Below are positions 45,575 to 55,539 of a stretch of DNA of 64,000 nt, piece after piece. Location of the stretch: positions 371,805-435,804 of IMG/VR virus record IMGVR_UViG_3300028840_001395. One strand, 5' to 3'. Below the pieces are notes generated by a model. That model searched no databases. It saw nothing but the letters and a program-made list of their open reading frames with translations, and was not told the origin of the DNA. Position numbers and translations under genes: made by a program. Within the stretch, counting starts at the first letter, position 1; the number at the start of each line of letters is the position of its first letter.

Positions 45575-46250
45575 CCGCCGCCTTCAGGGCCTTGATCAGC
45601 TTGACCTTGAGGTCACGGAGATCCTTGAAAGCGAAGGTGGTCTCGAAGGTCGTGATGAGGCGACCAGGCAGGAAGTGGCCGTCGAAATCGACCAGGGCGA
45701 ACACGTACATGTTCTCCTCGCCCTTGCGACCCTCCCGCGAGTTGTCGGGGCCGTAGTAGAAGGCCCCCAGACGGAACGTGATGGTCTCGTCGTTCTGGGC
45801 CTCCATCTCGTACTCGGACAGATCCTCGGCCTCACTGCTGAAACCCAGTTCGTGCAGGTCGTGGTAGTTCACCTTGTCCTGGGGGATGCCGTTTTCCGCG
45901 AGGAACGCCTTGTTGGCCCGCATCCACTCATCCTTGGCGTAGTCGTAGGCATCCGATTCGGCCTTGAGGAGGGGGCCATTGAGCTTGCTGTTGTTGGGCC
46001 AGCCACCGCTTCCCGACATGTGACCCAAGGTGGTGATCGCCTCCCCGCCGACTCCGCCGTCCGAACCCGACCCGAATCGGAAGCCTCGTCCACCGGGCTC
46101 TAGCGTGTTGGTGGTGTAAGCCTCGTAGCTGCTCTCGACATCCTCGACGGCATCTTCCACCGCACTTGATACGATGCGATACATGTCGAAAGGAAGCTGC
46201 GGGCCACGGGCCTCACGGATGGTCGGCCCCCACTGCTTGGACAGGCTCAT
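45558..46250 (-). CDS. Hypothetical acidic protein with QWGPxIREA leader
   Basis: 230 aa with SD GGAGG and late promoter motif upstream. Confidence 0.75.
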   Translation of the reverse strand: MSLSKQWGPTIREARGPQLPFDMYRIVSSAVEDAVEDVESSYEAYTTNTLEPGGRGFRFGSGSDGGVGGEAITTLGHMSGSGGWPNNSKLNGPLLKAESDAYDYAKDEWMRANKAFLAENGIPQDKVNYHDLHELGFSSEAEDLSEYEMEAQNDETITFRLGAFYYGPDNSREGRKGEENMYVFALVDFDGHFLPGRLITTFETTFAFKDLRDLKVKLIKALKAAVKSLD

Positions 46251-46264
46251 GGCATCCTCCTGTG

Positions 46265-46573
46265 CTACCCAGGGCGAAGTATAGAGAAGCTAACGGGAGG
46301 CCCGAGGAATCGGGTGGGGCTGGCATGGCTAGACCTCTGCGCTTGGAGAGCCTCCCGAACCTGGCGCTCCTCCGGGATGGTCAGACCCCCGTGCTCAAGG
46401 AGAAGCATCAACTCCGAGAACGAGAGCGTCAGATAGGGGTTCTTCCCTGTGTAGAGGGGGTGATCATCGAGGCCATCTCCGGGCATCCGAGCCCCGATAC
46501 GATCCTCAGCCTCTGTTCGTGGACTCTCCACCGGGGCTTCTTGCCCCACCAGGTCTCGAAGTGTTCGGGACAT
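46265..46573 (-). CDS. Hypothetical protein
   Basis: About 102 aa, starts 3 nt after the endonuclease stop. Confidence 0.5.
   Translation of the reverse strand: MSRTLRDLVGQEAPVESPRTEAEDRIGARMPGDGLDDHPLYTGKNPYLTLSFSELMLLLEHGGLTIPEERQVREALQAQRSSHASPTRFLGPPVSFSILRPG
46278..46292 (-). promoter_or_regulatory. Putative late promoter motif TAG-N5-CTATACT
   Basis: Copy of the motif upstream of the 46250 start. Confidence 0.55.
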
Positions 46574-46576
46574 CAA

Positions 46577-47896
46577 CTACCCCACGAAACTCAAGATACG
46601 TCTCTCAACCTCTTGTGGATCAGATTTCACTTCTGACTCCCACACCACAAGACACTCTATCCCAATCTCCTTGAAAGCTGCAACAAGCTCCGACTCGTGA
46701 TCGAAAGGGGCCTTCCCAGTGAACATCCGGGAGTGCCAGAAGTTCCCGAAGACCTCCACGACCCTAGTGACACCCTTGAAAGGCTTCTTCGGGTCGAGGC
46801 CAGGGACGATGAAGTCCGGATTCTTGTACTGGCCCAACAAGGAGAGCCACTTCCAGAATTGACCGTCTCCCGTGAACATCATGCGGTCGCACATCGCAGC
46901 TACCCGACCTTCGAGAAGGTTTGGGCCTCTGGTGCAAAGGCCTGGGAATGGAGTGCCGTATCTCTGGATATTCGTCTGCCGTTGCTTCTCCCTGAACCCC
47001 TCAAGTTGAAGTGGGTGGTCAACCCCATACCGCTCCCGGAACACCTCCACGAGCCTGTCCCAGTGACCTTCAATAGCCCCAGGAAACTCCACCCCGAACC
47101 GCTCCTTGAGGGCCTCCCTGACGATCCTCTTTCCCTCCTCTGACGCGAAGAAATGACTCCCCCAGTTGGCCTCCATCGTCTCCAACTGTTTGCGCCTGAT
47201 CTCCGGGTCCAGGCACGTCCAGGGGACCCCATACCGCTCTTGGTTGGTCTTCTGCGCCTTGCCCCTTACTTCAGGAGAGCAGGAAGGAGACGGACCACCA
47301 TACCGATCCTCACAGGTGGCCCTGATCTGTTCTCTGCGCTCGGGCAGTGATAGGAGTTCCTCAGCCCCGTAGACCTCCAGATTCGTGGCCCTCGTAGATG
47401 CTCGTATCTCGGGCACCTGCTGAGGGTTGCCCACGCCATGTTCTCGCCGCCAATGCTCTCGTATCTTCTCCTTGACCTCGGGCTTGGCGAAAGGATTGTC
47501 CTGACCCCTCAAGACAGGGCGCTTCCCTTCCAAAGACGCCTGCACCTTCGCAAACGTCGAGGCTCCCCGACTGAATGGATTCTCGGCCCCGTATCTCTCC
47601 CGATTCGTAGCCGCCCTCTTGGCATCCGCCTCCGGTGTCCTCCGAGCATCCTCTACCCCGTATCTCGCCAGACTCGTGGACTTCCTCCGAGCATTGGCCA
47701 CAGCCTTCCTGTCCCGACTCTGCCAGACTTCACACGTCCGGCGGTGGCGCTTCATCTGGGTCAGACTCGTGGCCTCATGGCCACAGAGGCACGGGGGAAC
47801 CTTGGGAGAGGATTGCGGATGACACTTGGAAAGATGACGGGCGTTGAGCTTGTCGCCCTTGAACTCTCGATTACAGTAGGGGCAGGTTACTGACAT
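46577..47896 (-). mobile_element. Putative homing endonuclease: Zn fingers + ERYGV repeats + Vsr/PD-(D/E)XK domain
   Basis: CPYC..H..C and CLCG..H..C motifs. Roughly ten (TN)xERYGx repeats. C-terminal PDFIV...VEVFGNFWH...G..CLVVWESE. Atypical codon usage. Confidence 0.75.
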
Positions 47897-48848
47897 GCTC
47901 CATAACATAGCTCAGAAGATTGCCAAATGTCAAGAGGATGGGAATGACCACAAAATTCCTCGGGCTCAAGACACCCCGGCCCACGTAAGGGCCAAAGGCC
48001 GACCGGACTCCGCGACCGAAGCGTGGCTGCTGCAGGCCCTTGATGTACTTGACCGTCCGGGCCTTGGCCTCGGTCGCCTTGTCGAACTGGCTCTCGGCGT
48101 TCTGCTTGAGGCTCTCGTACTTGCTGGACTTCTCCAGGTTGAGGCTCACGCCACCGATGCTGTAGTCAAACTCGTCTGCGACCCAGTTGGCCGACAGGGC
48201 GAAGGTGGCGTGGGTGATGGCGTCCCAGAGGATTGCGGTGCGCCAGCAGGAGTACTCGTTGCAGAGCTTGTTGATGTTGTTCAGCGTCCCGCAGGTGTTC
48301 GGCGGGAACATGTTCCACCAGTCCATCGCCCGCTCGATGTACTCCAGCAGCTCCTCGTCCTCCCAGATCTGGCCGAAGATGCGGTTGTACTGGCCGATGT
48401 CCCCCTCATACTCCGGGGGCCGGAAGTGGTAGAACTTGTCGGGATTCTGGTCACGTAGCAGCATCCGCAGGCTGTGGATGAGTTCCTGCTCGCACTGGGT
48501 GTACGGCGAAGACCCGGTGCTCTGACAGGCGGACACGATGGCGAACTCCTGCACAACCATCTGGAGCGGCGAGTTGGCGTTCTCTCTGAAGTACCACCGG
48601 ATGCGATAGGTGCCCGCACAGGCTGTGCCTGGCACCATCAGAGAGGCGTAGTACTCGCCCACCTGGGGGTTGACCGGAGTGCGATGGTCGGAGCCGATGA
48701 GGACTTCCTGCTCCGGAGGGCCGGGATCCACGTAGTAGAGGGCGTAGTAGATCTCGGCGGCGTTCGAGGGGTGTCCGTGGCAGTTCTGGAGGAAGATATC
48801 CAGGTCGCCCCGCCCCAACGTCTGTCCTGGTGTGAAGGCGATGCCCAT
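47871..48848 (-). CDS. Putative head-tail adaptor/connector protein
   Basis: Ig-like N-terminus, then LRMLLRD...IWEDEELLEYIE..., YSIGGVSL..EKS.KY helical adaptor pattern. Confidence 0.55.
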   Translation of the reverse strand: MGIAFTPGQTLGRGDLDIFLQNCHGHPSNAAEIYYALYYVDPGPPEQEVLIGSDHRTPVNPQVGEYYASLMVPGTACAGTYRIRWYFRENANSPLQMVVQEFAIVSACQSTGSSPYTQCEQELIHSLRMLLRDQNPDKFYHFRPPEYEGDIGQYNRIFGQIWEDEELLEYIERAMDWWNMFPPNTCGTLNNINKLCNEYSCWRTAILWDAITHATFALSANWVADEFDYSIGGVSLNLEKSSKYESLKQNAESQFDKATEAKARTVKYIKGLQQPRFGRGVRSAFGPYVGRGVLSPRNFVVIPILLTFGNLLSYVMEHVSNLPLL

Positions 48849-48849
48849 G

Positions 48850-49341
48850 TCAGCCTCCGGGATAGTGGAAGTGGGCGTCCGTGGTCAAGATGATCTCCGT
48901 ATCGCTGACGGCGAACCCCACTCTCAAGCTCACCAGGTCAAGCGGCGACACACCCGCTTCGGGAGGAATCGGGCTCACTTCACCCTCCACAGAGGACAAG
49001 AATACATCACTTCCGGCCCCAAGGGGAATTGCACCCGTGACAATGGGCGTGACCTTCGACCCCCGACCCGTGATGATTCGAGGTGACACCCCCACGGCGG
49101 CATCCGTCGCACAGAATCCAGCCCAGTTGGTTGGCCTCCCTGTGGGGAGTGCCCCGCAACGGACGAACACGAGGTCGGGAGACCCGATGGACACGGGACT
49201 CGGGTTCGGGATGATGGCAACGGATTCACCGGCTTGGAGGCCGCCCGTGGAGATGTCCACCTCGATACCCGGATACTGGATGAGGATGGCGTTGATGTTC
49301 TCGGCAACGCCGCCCTGTTCTGGTAGCCGGGCAATGGGCAT
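48850..49341 (-). CDS. Putative virion structural protein (capsid cement/fibre-tip-like fold)
   Basis: 163 aa. VFLSS.EGEVS..PP...VGFA resembles the C-terminal domain of 50403..55388 (VYLATDPGEAT.SPP...LGIL). Confidence 0.5.
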   Translation of the reverse strand: MPIARLPEQGGVAENINAILIQYPGIEVDISTGGLQAGESVAIIPNPSPVSIGSPDLVFVRCGALPTGRPTNWAGFCATDAAVGVSPRIITGRGSKVTPIVTGAIPLGAGSDVFLSSVEGEVSPIPPEAGVSPLDLVSLRVGFAVSDTEIILTTDAHFHYPGG

Positions 49342-49647
49342 CTAGTGGGTCTCCTTGGACACGTTCTCGGGCATGAACTGGACAAGATTCTGTCCAGCCT
49401 GCTTGCGCCGGGCCGTCACAACCTCCTTGAGCGTGTTGGTCAGGCGATCCCGAATGGAGGGGAGGAACGCCTCCTGTACCCGGATACGGGCTACGACGGT
49501 CGCCGCCCCCTCCGTGGGCGAGTGAACCAGGAAGTCGAGGAACCACTCGTTTCCCGAGTCGTGAAGCAGCCGGAAGGCGTTGGCGAACATCCCGACCTGA
49601 TGCTCCGCCGGAACCCTGACTTCGGGATTCGCTTGCTTCGTCGTCAT
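49342..49647 (-). CDS. DUF3467-like small protein
   Basis: Start MTTKQ (49647). G.FANAF...EWFLDF...VVARIRV. Confidence 0.55.
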   Translation of the reverse strand: MTTKQANPEVRVPAEHQVGMFANAFRLLHDSGNEWFLDFLVHSPTEGAATVVARIRVQEAFLPSIRDRLTNTLKEVVTARRKQAGQNLVQFMPENVSKETH

Positions 49648-49955
49648 GATCCCCGACTCTCTTCCAGCCAGACCGTGAGTACGTCCATGAAGTAGCAGAA
49701 CACCGTCGAGGCAAAGGCCCAGACGAACCCAGACGCCACCAGGGCGACGATCTCCCCGGACGGGTCGCCCAGGACGGGTTGCCCCTGTGCGAGCCAGGAG
49801 AGGCCCCAGGAGGCCCACCCCATCCAGAACCCCAGGCAGTAGGAGCAGGCCAGGAGCTTGTCCAGCAGGTTGAGCTTCCCGTGAAGGAAGGGAACCTTGT
49901 GCTGGACTCCGAACACGAGTCCGTAGGCGCACAGGAGGAAGAGCAGGATGTTCAT
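49644..49955 (-). CDS. DUF1360-like small membrane protein
   Basis: Three hydrophobic segments and LLACSYCLGFW motif. Confidence 0.6.
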   Translation of the reverse strand: MNILLFLLCAYGLVFGVQHKVPFLHGKLNLLDKLLACSYCLGFWMGWASWGLSWLAQGQPVLGDPSGEIVALVASGFVWAFASTVFCYFMDVLTVWLEESRGS

Positions 49956-50293
49956 GCCTTCTTCGTCTTTCTCCGGCTGGAAGTCTTCTTCTTGGGCTTC
50001 TGGGGCTTCCGCCGATCAGTGTCGAAGGGGAGGATGCGGCAGCAGGAGGTGGCGGCGGACTGCTCGAAGATCTCCACGGTGTCGGGGATTCCGTCCGTGT
50101 TGCAATCGAAGGAGAGATCGAGCTGGAACTGGTTGAGGGCTGCGACGATCATCTCCCGCTCTGCCCGGATGTCCTCGGGAACCTGGGCGACACCAGCGGC
50201 GGCCATCGTATTGATCCGCATGAGGCGGTTGATAGCCTCCCCAAGACCCATCTTCATGATCTTCTGGTGCGGGGGGTTCTTCTTTTTCGCCAT
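49952..50293 (-). CDS. Hypothetical protein
   Basis: Start MAKKKN (50293) with SD GGAG. DCNTDGIPD possible Ca-binding motif and basic tail. Confidence 0.65.
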   Translation of the reverse strand: MAKKKNPPHQKIMKMGLGEAINRLMRINTMAAAGVAQVPEDIRAEREMIVAALNQFQLDLSFDCNTDGIPDTVEIFEQSAATSCCRILPFDTDRRKPQKPKKKTSSRRKTKKA

Positions 50294-50334
50294 CGTTGCT
50301 CCGCGTGCTGTCATCGCTACTTTACCCCTCAAGG

Positions 50335-50375
50335 CGAAGGCCCCGCTAGGTTTTCCAGGCCTAGCGGGGCCTTCG
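50335..50375. terminator. Perfect 16-bp hairpin downstream of the fibre gene
   Basis: CGAAGGCCCCGCTAGG-N9-CCTAGCGGGGCCTTCG. Confidence 0.7.
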
Positions 50376-50402
50376 TTGCTAGGCCCGAAGTGTCAGTCCC
50401 GG

Positions 50403-53400
50403 CTAGGCGTTGCTGTACCGGAACTGAGGCATCCAGATGACGTTCGGGGTCTGGGTCGCGCCATCAGCGCCCACCAGAATCCCGAGCTGCCAGACATCCG
50501 TTTCCGGGGCGGACGGCGGGGACAGCGTGGCCTCACCCGGGTCAGTGGCCAGGTAGACCACCTGGCCGTTGTCCGCAGTGCCCGGAGCGGCGGCGAAGTA
50601 GACCGGCACCGGCATCCCGTGGATGGTGTTGATCTGGCACTCGGTTCCATCCTTGGCGACCACGACACCGAACACGTTGGCCTGGTCGGGAGCACCGATG
50701 CTGTGAGGGGCACCCGCGTCAGCCCGGAGGGCCTTGGTCTCACCACCCGAGTACTGGGCGTAGGCGATGTATCCGACCGCCAGGGCTCCGCCGTCACCGT
50801 CCGCCATCACCACACCGCCGCCAGCAGCGCCCGTGGTGGTGTTGACATCATCGCCCCTCGGAGTCCGAAGGAACTGCTCCAGCTCGACCTGCTTGGAGTT
50901 GGTCAGGGTGTTCAGGACGAGGTAGTCGTTCGTCCCGTCATCGAGCGTCAGAGCATCGGCATCGTTCGCGTCGAAGCTCCAGGTCGAGGAAGCCTCGATG
51001 TCCAGCGTGAGAGCCCCGCCCGTCAGCGTGATGGTAGAGGTGCCATCACCCAACGTGATCTCGGTGCCCGCGATGGCCACGTCCACGCCACCCGTGTCAC
51101 CGATGTCCACCGTGTCGTTCTCGGCGTCCGTCGAGAGGTAGTTCCCGGTGGTGCTGGTGACGGTGAAGTCCGCGAAGGTGCCGGTCTCGTCCAGGGTGAT
51201 GGCCAGGTCACCCTGCCCGTCGTCCAGGTCGATGGTGTTGCCCGCCTCGTAGGCCGCCTGAAGCGTCGTCCCGACCGCCGATGCAAGCTGCACCCAGGTG
51301 CCGGTGTCGTCGTAGTACCAGACCGACCCGTCACCCGTGGTGTCGTAGCGGATGTTGCCCGCCGTGGCGTTGTTGGTGCCACGGGGGAGGTTGAGGGCCG
51401 TGTTCACATACACGACACCGTTGGTGCCGGGGCTCAGGGTGATGTCGTCATCCTCGACCGTGAGGTTGAGGTCAGTCTTGGCGTAGATGTTGACGGTGCA
51501 ATCGCCCGTCCCGGTGCCACCCACCGAGGCAGAGGGGTTGACCGCACCGAGGTTCAGCTCATGGGCATCGTCGGTGTCGTTGGACATCGTGATGGTCATG
51601 TCCAGGCCGCTGAACACATTCAGGGCGTTGACCGCCGTGACCTCGGCCTGGGCAGCCGACATCAGGATGTCGTAGTCGAACCCGGCCCCGATGTTCAGTG
51701 CCGTCTTGTTGGCCGCCCCGACTCCACCTGCGACTGCCGAGAAGGCGTTGAGGTTGGCCGTCGCAGAGGTATCCCCCGCCACTCCGATCACGCTTCCGAC
51801 CACGGCGTCGATGCTCTGCGACCCGGTGAGGCCACCCGAGGTCAGCGTGGAGTTGATCCCGTGGGCTCCCGTGGCATCCGCAGCCGTGGTGCTGTTGGAG
51901 TAGATGGCCCTTTCACCCGTCTGGATCGTCCCGTAGGTGACGGTGAACGGGTAGATTGCCTCGATGTCGTCCGTGTTGGTGTCCACCCAGAGGATGTCCT
52001 CGGAACCGTCGTTGATCTTCCAGGCAGTTCCGCGACCGTCCTGTACAACCTCCCAGATGTCCGAGTCCGTGCCCGCCGAGAGCTTGAGGAAGTTGTCCGA
52101 GTTGATCTCCAGGTCGTTGCCCGGAGCGCCGCCCGAAGAGATCGTCAGCGCACCATCTGCGGTTACCGCCGTCCCGGTGAGGGCCAAGGCACCTGCGATA
52201 TCGACCTGGGTGGAGACATAGACGTTTCCGGGCCGGTAGTCGGCAGCCTGGCCGATGTCGTGTCCGCCATCGGCATCGAAGTAGAGGTGCGACCCGTTGA
52301 GGTAGGTCTCCTCGTTGTCCGGGGCGAGGTAGATGGCACCATCCATCGCGCTCAGGAGCATGTTGGTGCCAGCCGCAATCGTCTGAGCATCTTCGCCACC
52401 GCTGTTGCCGTCCAGCAGGATGTGGGTGAAGTACTGGGCATCGTTGGTGGGATTGGCCAGCATCAAACCAGCGCCAAAAGCGCCTCCACCGTTCGCCCCC
52501 ATGAACACCGAACCGAGGCCGATTACCGCCGCCCCTGCCACGTCAGAGGCATCCCCCTCGAACGAAGCCGCCACCGCGATGGCTGTCGCACCATCATCTC
52601 CGACACCATCACCAGCAAGACCACCCGAGGTCATGCTGGTGAGGGAAACAAACTGCCTCTCACCGATGGCGACGTTCCGGCCCACCTCACCAGTGGCGGT
52701 GAGAGCGGCGTCATTGGCTCCGTCAAGGGAGTCGGTGACCATCAAGCCACCGCGAACCTGAGTGCCGATCAGCGTGGCCGTGGCCGAAGCCTCGCCCAGC
52801 CGGAGGTAGGATGCCTCCCCATCGGTGACGATGTACTCGTTGGACGAACCGAGAGAAGCGCCCTCACCGCGAACGATGAAGTCGGCTCCCGGGTTGGTCT
52901 CGTCAATGATGAACTCCAGGTCACCCGTCGAGTCCGCGAGGGTGATGGTGTTCCCGACCTCGTAGGCCGTCTGGAGGCCACCCGATGTTCCAGGGGTGAG
53001 CTGGGTGACGTTCCCCGACTCATCCATGTAGTACAGCTCGGTGTTGCCGGAGCCGTCATCCTTGGTGTAGAGGACGCCCGTGTTGGCCACGTTCGTCGGG
53101 TCGGCACCTTCCCGCAGGAAGCTGTGGACGCCGTGGATCTCGCCCCAGTAGTTCGTGGAGTTACCGAAGGAGTAGGTGCCCACGCCGTCCGGGAGGACTT
53201 CAAGGTCACCACCACCGCAGGTCAGGAGGATGTCCGTGGTCGCCTGAAGCTCCAGGCGACCGTCCGTGTTGATGACACCCTTGGTGGTCTCATGCGACAT
53301 GCCGATGGCGACCGAGTGCGTGGAGTCGAGGGCACTCACGGTGCCCGCCGTCCCGCTCGGCCCCCGAACCTGGACGTAGCCGTTGTTCGACAGGAGCTTG

Positions 53401-55388
53401 GCGTAGTCGCCCGCGAACTCGATCTCGACATCGTAGCCGCTGTCGAAGTAGATGCCCCGGCTCTCGGCGGTGCCGCCGTTGTCCGTGAAGTCGAGGTGCA
53501 GGCCCGCGATGGTGCCGTCCGAGTCCCCGGCGTTGGTCACAGTGTCCAGCTTCGCCGCCGAAAGAACAGCGCTGCCCACCGACAGCCCCGGGGAAGTCAT
53601 GCGACCCCGCAGAGCAGAACCCTGGGTGTCGGCCCCTGTGGTGTTGATCCAGAGGGAGGATGTGTCGAACCCAGCAACGAGGGTCTGGGTGAGGGACACC
53701 TGGCCGCCCGTACCGGGGCTGAGGACGATGGCCTCGGAGCCCGTCGCCACATCGATGGTCAGTGTGCCTCCGGTGCAGGTCACAGCATCCGTCGTGATGG
53801 AGACAGAATCGCCAGCCTTGAGTTCGGTCTTGGCGTACACATGGTCGGGCCGATTGTCCGCCGAACCGCCGATGTCTCCGCCGCCGTCCGTCACCCAGAG
53901 AAGGTCGCTGTCCTGCATGTAGACATCGACCGCCCCGGACTCACCCAGAAGGAGCCGGGTGTTCTCGGCATCCGTCTGGAGGTACTGGTTGGAACCACCG
54001 AGGGAAGCACCCTCACCCCGGACAACGAAGTTCGTGTAGTCCGCCGCAGTCTCGTCAAGGATGATCTCCATGTCACCCTTGTTCTCGTCCAGTCCGATGG
54101 TCTGGCCTGCGTCGTAGGCTGCCTGGAGGGTGACGCTGCCTGTCGCGGCAGCCAGGACGATCCAGTCGGTGCCGTTGAAGTACTGCACGTCCTTGTCGCC
54201 CGAGTGGTAACGGATGTTACCCTCGGCGGCGATGGAGTCCTGGAACGGCAGGTTGAGCGCGGTCAGGATATCCACCTGACCGCTACCGAATACCGTGAGC
54301 AGGCCGTTGCCGGTGTTGTCCCTGACCTGGAACGCCGTGTCACCGTCATCCGTCCCGAGGCTGAAGTAGGTGCGTGTCCCGGCAGTTGTCTCCTGGTTGT
54401 CGAATTCCCAGCTACCAGTGGTGTTGACGAAACTGGCGGCGGCTCCCGTGTGGACGAGGGTGAGTTCCTTGGAAGATCCGAGTTCCAGGTTGATGTTGTC
54501 GTTGAGGTGGACATCGCCGCCCGAGAACAGCCAGTCAGTGCTGCCCGAGAATGTGCCCCCCGCGTTGGCCGTGAGTTGCCCACCGGACACATCGAGGCCC
54601 AATTCGGCGTCCACGTTACCGGCAAACTGGCTTGTCAAACCGGCATCGGACGCATAGACACTGCCGACACGGAGCGGCATGTAGTCGATGGGGGTGATGT
54701 CCAGTCCCGGTGTCGAGGCGTCGTCGTTCGTCGTCACCATTGCGAACGTGTTGTTGGTGTGATCCCAGAACACGGCGATATTGGAGTCCCCACCACCACC
54801 GATGGAATCCGCACCTCGGTCACCGATCCAGCCGATGTCGAGGCTGTCTCCGATGTTGCCCTTGGCCAGCTCGATGACGTTATCCTCGACCGTCAACGTC
54901 TCGGTGTTGATGGTCGTGGTCGTTCCATCGACCGTCAGATCCTGGGAGATGATCAGGCTGCCCGTGATGTTGATGGTGTCCGAACTTGCCGGGTCGGCCA
55001 CCAACGTCCGCAACCCGTAGATGTCCACCGGAGTCTCATCCGTGGCGTTGCCGATAGTCATCAAGGAGGTGTCGAGATTCAGGACATCCTTCGACGCCGC
55101 CGTCAGGTTGTCGTTGGTCAGCCGAAGAGAGCCGGAATCATCGAAAAGCTCCCACGGGCCATCCTGAGAACCACCAGTTCCGCCGAACTGGAGCTTGGGG
55201 ATGTTGCCCCCGGTGGCTCCCAACTGGAGGACGCCCGCTGTTCCGCTGCCGTCCCAGGAGAACTGGGGATCACCCGAGAGGTTGTTGAGCCCAAACTCGG
55301 CCACCGTGAAGGAGATGGTGTCCGCAGGCAGAAGCGTGATTGCCTTGCCCTGGTGTGCCTGGAGACTCTTGTTGATGTAATCAGTCAT
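50403..55388 (-). CDS. Large fibre protein (head or tail fibre) with internal repeats
   Basis: Start MTDYINK (55388), 1661 aa, G/T/D/A-rich. LTVDGTTTTINTETLTVEDNVIEL fibre motif. Three (T/G)LQxAYxxGxTI repeats. Confidence 0.75.
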   Translation of the reverse strand: MTDYINKSLQAHQGKAITLLPADTISFTVAEFGLNNLSGDPQFSWDGSGTAGVLQLGATGGNIPKLQFGGTGGSQDGPWELFDDSGSLRLTNDNLTAASKDVLNLDTSLMTIGNATDETPVDIYGLRTLVADPASSDTINITGSLIISQDLTVDGTTTTINTETLTVEDNVIELAKGNIGDSLDIGWIGDRGADSIGGGGDSNIAVFWDHTNNTFAMVTTNDDASTPGLDITPIDYMPLRVGSVYASDAGLTSQFAGNVDAELGLDVSGGQLTANAGGTFSGSTDWLFSGGDVHLNDNINLELGSSKELTLVHTGAAASFVNTTGSWEFDNQETTAGTRTYFSLGTDDGDTAFQVRDNTGNGLLTVFGSGQVDILTALNLPFQDSIAAEGNIRYHSGDKDVQYFNGTDWIVLAAATGSVTLQAAYDAGQTIGLDENKGDMEIILDETAADYTNFVVRGEGASLGGSNQYLQTDAENTRLLLGESGAVDVYMQDSDLLWVTDGGGDIGGSADNRPDHVYAKTELKAGDSVSITTDAVTCTGGTLTIDVATGSEAIVLSPGTGGQVSLTQTLVAGFDTSSLWINTTGADTQGSALRGRMTSPGLSVGSAVLSAAKLDTVTNAGDSDGTIAGLHLDFTDNGGTAESRGIYFDSGYDVEIEFAGDYAKLLSNNGYVQVRGPSGTAGTVSALDSTHSVAIGMSHETTKGVINTDGRLELQATTDILLTCGGGDLEVLPDGVGTYSFGNSTNYWGEIHGVHSFLREGADPTNVANTGVLYTKDDGSGNTELYYMDESGNVTQLTPGTSGGLQTAYEVGNTITLADSTGDLEFIIDETNPGADFIVRGEGASLGSSNEYIVTDGEASYLRLGEASATATLIGTQVRGGLMVTDSLDGANDAALTATGEVGRNVAIGERQFVSLTSMTSGGLAGDGVGDDGATAIAVAASFEGDASDVAGAAVIGLGSVFMGANGGGAFGAGLMLANPTNDAQYFTHILLDGNSGGEDAQTIAAGTNMLLSAMDGAIYLAPDNEETYLNGSHLYFDADGGHDIGQAADYRPGNVYVSTQVDIAGALALTGTAVTADGALTISSGGAPGNDLEINSDNFLKLSAGTDSDIWEVVQDGRGTAWKINDGSEDILWVDTNTDDIEAIYPFTVTYGTIQTGERAIYSNSTTAADATGAHGINSTLTSGGLTGSQSIDAVVGSVIGVAGDTSATANLNAFSAVAGGVGAANKTALNIGAGFDYDILMSAAQAEVTAVNALNVFSGLDMTITMSNDTDDAHELNLGAVNPSASVGGTGTGDCTVNIYAKTDLNLTVEDDDITLSPGTNGVVYVNTALNLPRGTNNATAGNIRYDTTGDGSVWYYDDTGTWVQLASAVGTTLQAAYEAGNTIDLDDGQGDLAITLDETGTFADFTVTSTTGNYLSTDAENDTVDIGDTGGVDVAIAGTEITLGDGTSTITLTGGALTLDIEASSTWSFDANDADALTLDDGTNDYLVLNTLTNSKQVELEQFLRTPRGDDVNTTTGAAGGGVVMADGDGGALAVGYIAYAQYSGGETKALRADAGAPHSIGAPDQANVFGVVVAKDGTECQINTIHGMPVPVYFAAAPGTADNGQVVYLATDPGEATLSPPSAPETDVWQLGILVGADGATQTPNVIWMPQFRYSNA

Positions 55389-55507
55389 CCCTCGACTCCT
55401 GCATCCTGACCCCAACACGGGGGGATCGCCAACGTGACAGCGAAGCTCAAGATGTAATCGAATCGAGGGAGGCACACGCGCACGCGCGCCTCTATCTATT
55501 ATGGGGG

Positions 55508-55522
55508 ATTATAGAGGGACTA
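55508..55522 (-). promoter_or_regulatory. Putative late promoter motif TAG-N5-CTATAAT
   Basis: Copy of the motif about 120 nt upstream of the fibre start. Confidence 0.55.
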
Positions 55523-55539
55523 GCGGGCCGGGAAAACGG

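Noticed and set aside
49779-55409. 1876-aa plus-strand ORF
   Set aside because: Antisense shadow of the fibre gene.
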